Source: Candidatus Fervidifonticultor primus
GTDB lineage: Bacteria; Sysuimicrobiota; Sysuimicrobiia; Sysuimicrobiales; Humicultoraceae
Length of the DNA: 64,000 bases
Reading direction: 5' to 3'
Assembly: GCA_031459855.1 (NCBI GenBank)
Contig: JAVKHP010000001.1
Location: 1,993,078-2,057,077, forward strand
Part shown: positions 63,037 to 64,000 of the stretch, one piece after another
Layout of the letters: every line of letters begins with the position of its first letter
How positions within the stretch are numbered: the first letter of the stretch is position 1
The notes under the pieces: model-generated
The model's database searches: none
What the model saw: the letters and a program-made list of their open reading frames with translations, nothing else
Told to the model about the DNA's origin: nothing
Program-made: the position numbers and the translations under genes

Positions 63037-63908
63037 GCGCCGGCGCCCCGGCGCTGCCACCGGACGTCGACCTGGCCACCCGAGCCGGTGCCGTCGCGGT
63101 GCTGCGGGCCTTCGGCCTGCGCCTGCGGCCCGCCCGCGGGCAGCACCTCCTGGTCAGCCGGCGCATCCTCGACCGCATCGTGGCGGCAGCGGCCCTGGAC
63201 GCGCGTGACGTCGTCCTGGAGATCGGCGGCGGAATTGGCACGCTGACCCTGGCCCTGGCCCGCACGGGTGCGCGGGTGATCACCATCGAAGTGGATCCGC
63301 GCCTGGTGCCCGTGCTGCGCGCGGTCTGCGCACGGGAGCCGCGGGTGCACGTCGTGCACGGCGACGCCATGGCCCTGCCGTGGACCGCCCTCCCGTGGAC
63401 GCCGACCGCGGTCGTCGCCAACCTGCCATATGCCATCGCGTCGCCGCTGCTGGTGCGGCTGTTGGAAACCGGCACAGGACGTCGCCTGGTGGTGATGGTC
63501 CAGGAGGAGGTGGCCGACCGCCTGCTGGCCGCGCCCGGCACGCCCGCCTACGGGTTGCTGACGGTGCTGGTGCACCTCTACGCGCGCCCCACGCTGGTCG
63601 TGCGGGTGCCGCGTACGGCCTTCTACCCCATGCCCCAGGTGCGCTCGGCCGTCGTCCGCCTCGACCTCCACGTCAGGCCGGTGCGGCCGCCCGAGCGCCT
63701 GCCCGCGGTAGTGGCCGTGGCACGCGCCGCCTTCGCCAAGCGGCGCAAGATGCTGCGGGCCGCGCTGCGGCAGGTCGGCGGGCGGCGCCTGGATGCGGCG
63801 GCGGTGACGGCGTGGTGTGCCCGGGCCGGCATCGACCCGCGGCGGCGGGGCGAGACCCTCTCCGTCGAGGAGTTCGCGCGCCTGGCCGACGTCTGGGAGA
63901 CGGCGTGA
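63033..63908 (+). CDS. rsmA: 16S rRNA (adenine1518/1519-N6)-dimethyltransferase
   Basis: ...PARGQHLLVSRRILDRIV..., SAM motif ...VVLEIGGGIGTLT..., ...VVANLPYAIASPLL...; start uncertain (TTG 63033 overlapping yabE-like stop, or GTG near 63099). Confidence 0.85.
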   Translation: MSAGAPALPPDVDLATRAGAVAVLRAFGLRLRPARGQHLLVSRRILDRIVAAAALDARDVVLEIGGGIGTLTLALARTGARVITIEVDPRLVPVLRAVCAREPRVHVVHGDAMALPWTALPWTPTAVVANLPYAIASPLLVRLLETGTGRRLVVMVQEEVADRLLAAPGTPAYGLLTVLVHLYARPTLVVRVPRTAFYPMPQVRSAVVRLDLHVRPVRPPERLPAVVAVARAAFAKRRKMLRAALRQVGGRRLDAAAVTAWCARAGIDPRRRGETLSVEEFARLADVWETA

Positions 63909-64000
63909 GGCCCCGCGGCATCACGGGCCAGAGTGTACGCGCATGGCCCGTGGGGTGGGGGGTCGATTGGGGGTCATCGAGGTTGCCGGCCGGACCGTCA

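Noticed and set aside
63909-64000. Possible start of another gene at the right edge (ATG near 63943)
   Set aside because: Fewer than 20 codons in window; cannot be supported.

Overview
High-GC (~70%) bacterial chromosomal segment, densely coding, with no rRNA, tRNA or CRISPR array seen. Most long ORFs in the six-frame track are antisense or frame-shifted shadows of real genes, so calls rest on recognisable protein motifs, start/stop overlaps and third-codon-position GC. Coordinates derived from track arithmetic are firm; coordinates of non-coding features were counted by hand and may be off by 1-2 nt. Main content: (i) a sensor protein truncated at the left edge; (ii) two peptide-type ABC importer cassettes (binding protein plus two permeases) with no ATPase genes; (iii) a DRG-like GTPase, ExoD-like protein, cupredoxin, FAH hydrolase, cupin, a duplicated ThyX-like protein, NUDIX CoA pyrophosphatase, MDP-1 phosphatase and cysteine desulfurase; (iv) a complete 14-gene nuoA-N complex I operon with unusual internal spacers; (v) lgt and a FAD-linked oxidase followed by a strong intrinsic terminator; (vi) a three-gene cassette of unknown function (two RHH-like proteins plus a Cys/His-rich protein), my best candidate for an undescribed system; (vii) a lower-GC3 sugar-uptake island (sugar ABC transporter, Zn-ADH, IclR) flanked by a 41-bp repeat and an IS transposase fragment; (viii) a SAM-I riboswitch in front of thrB-like, thrC-like and CysO-like sulfur-carrier genes, suggesting a methionine (homocysteine) route rather than plain threonine synthesis; (ix) ligA, a GerMN protein and a 440-aa protein with an Hfq-like C-terminus; (x) a propionyl-CoA to succinyl-CoA cluster; (xi) yabE-like and rsmA genes. 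The yabE-rsmA order and S-box element hint at a high-GC Firmicutes-like lineage, but that is inference.
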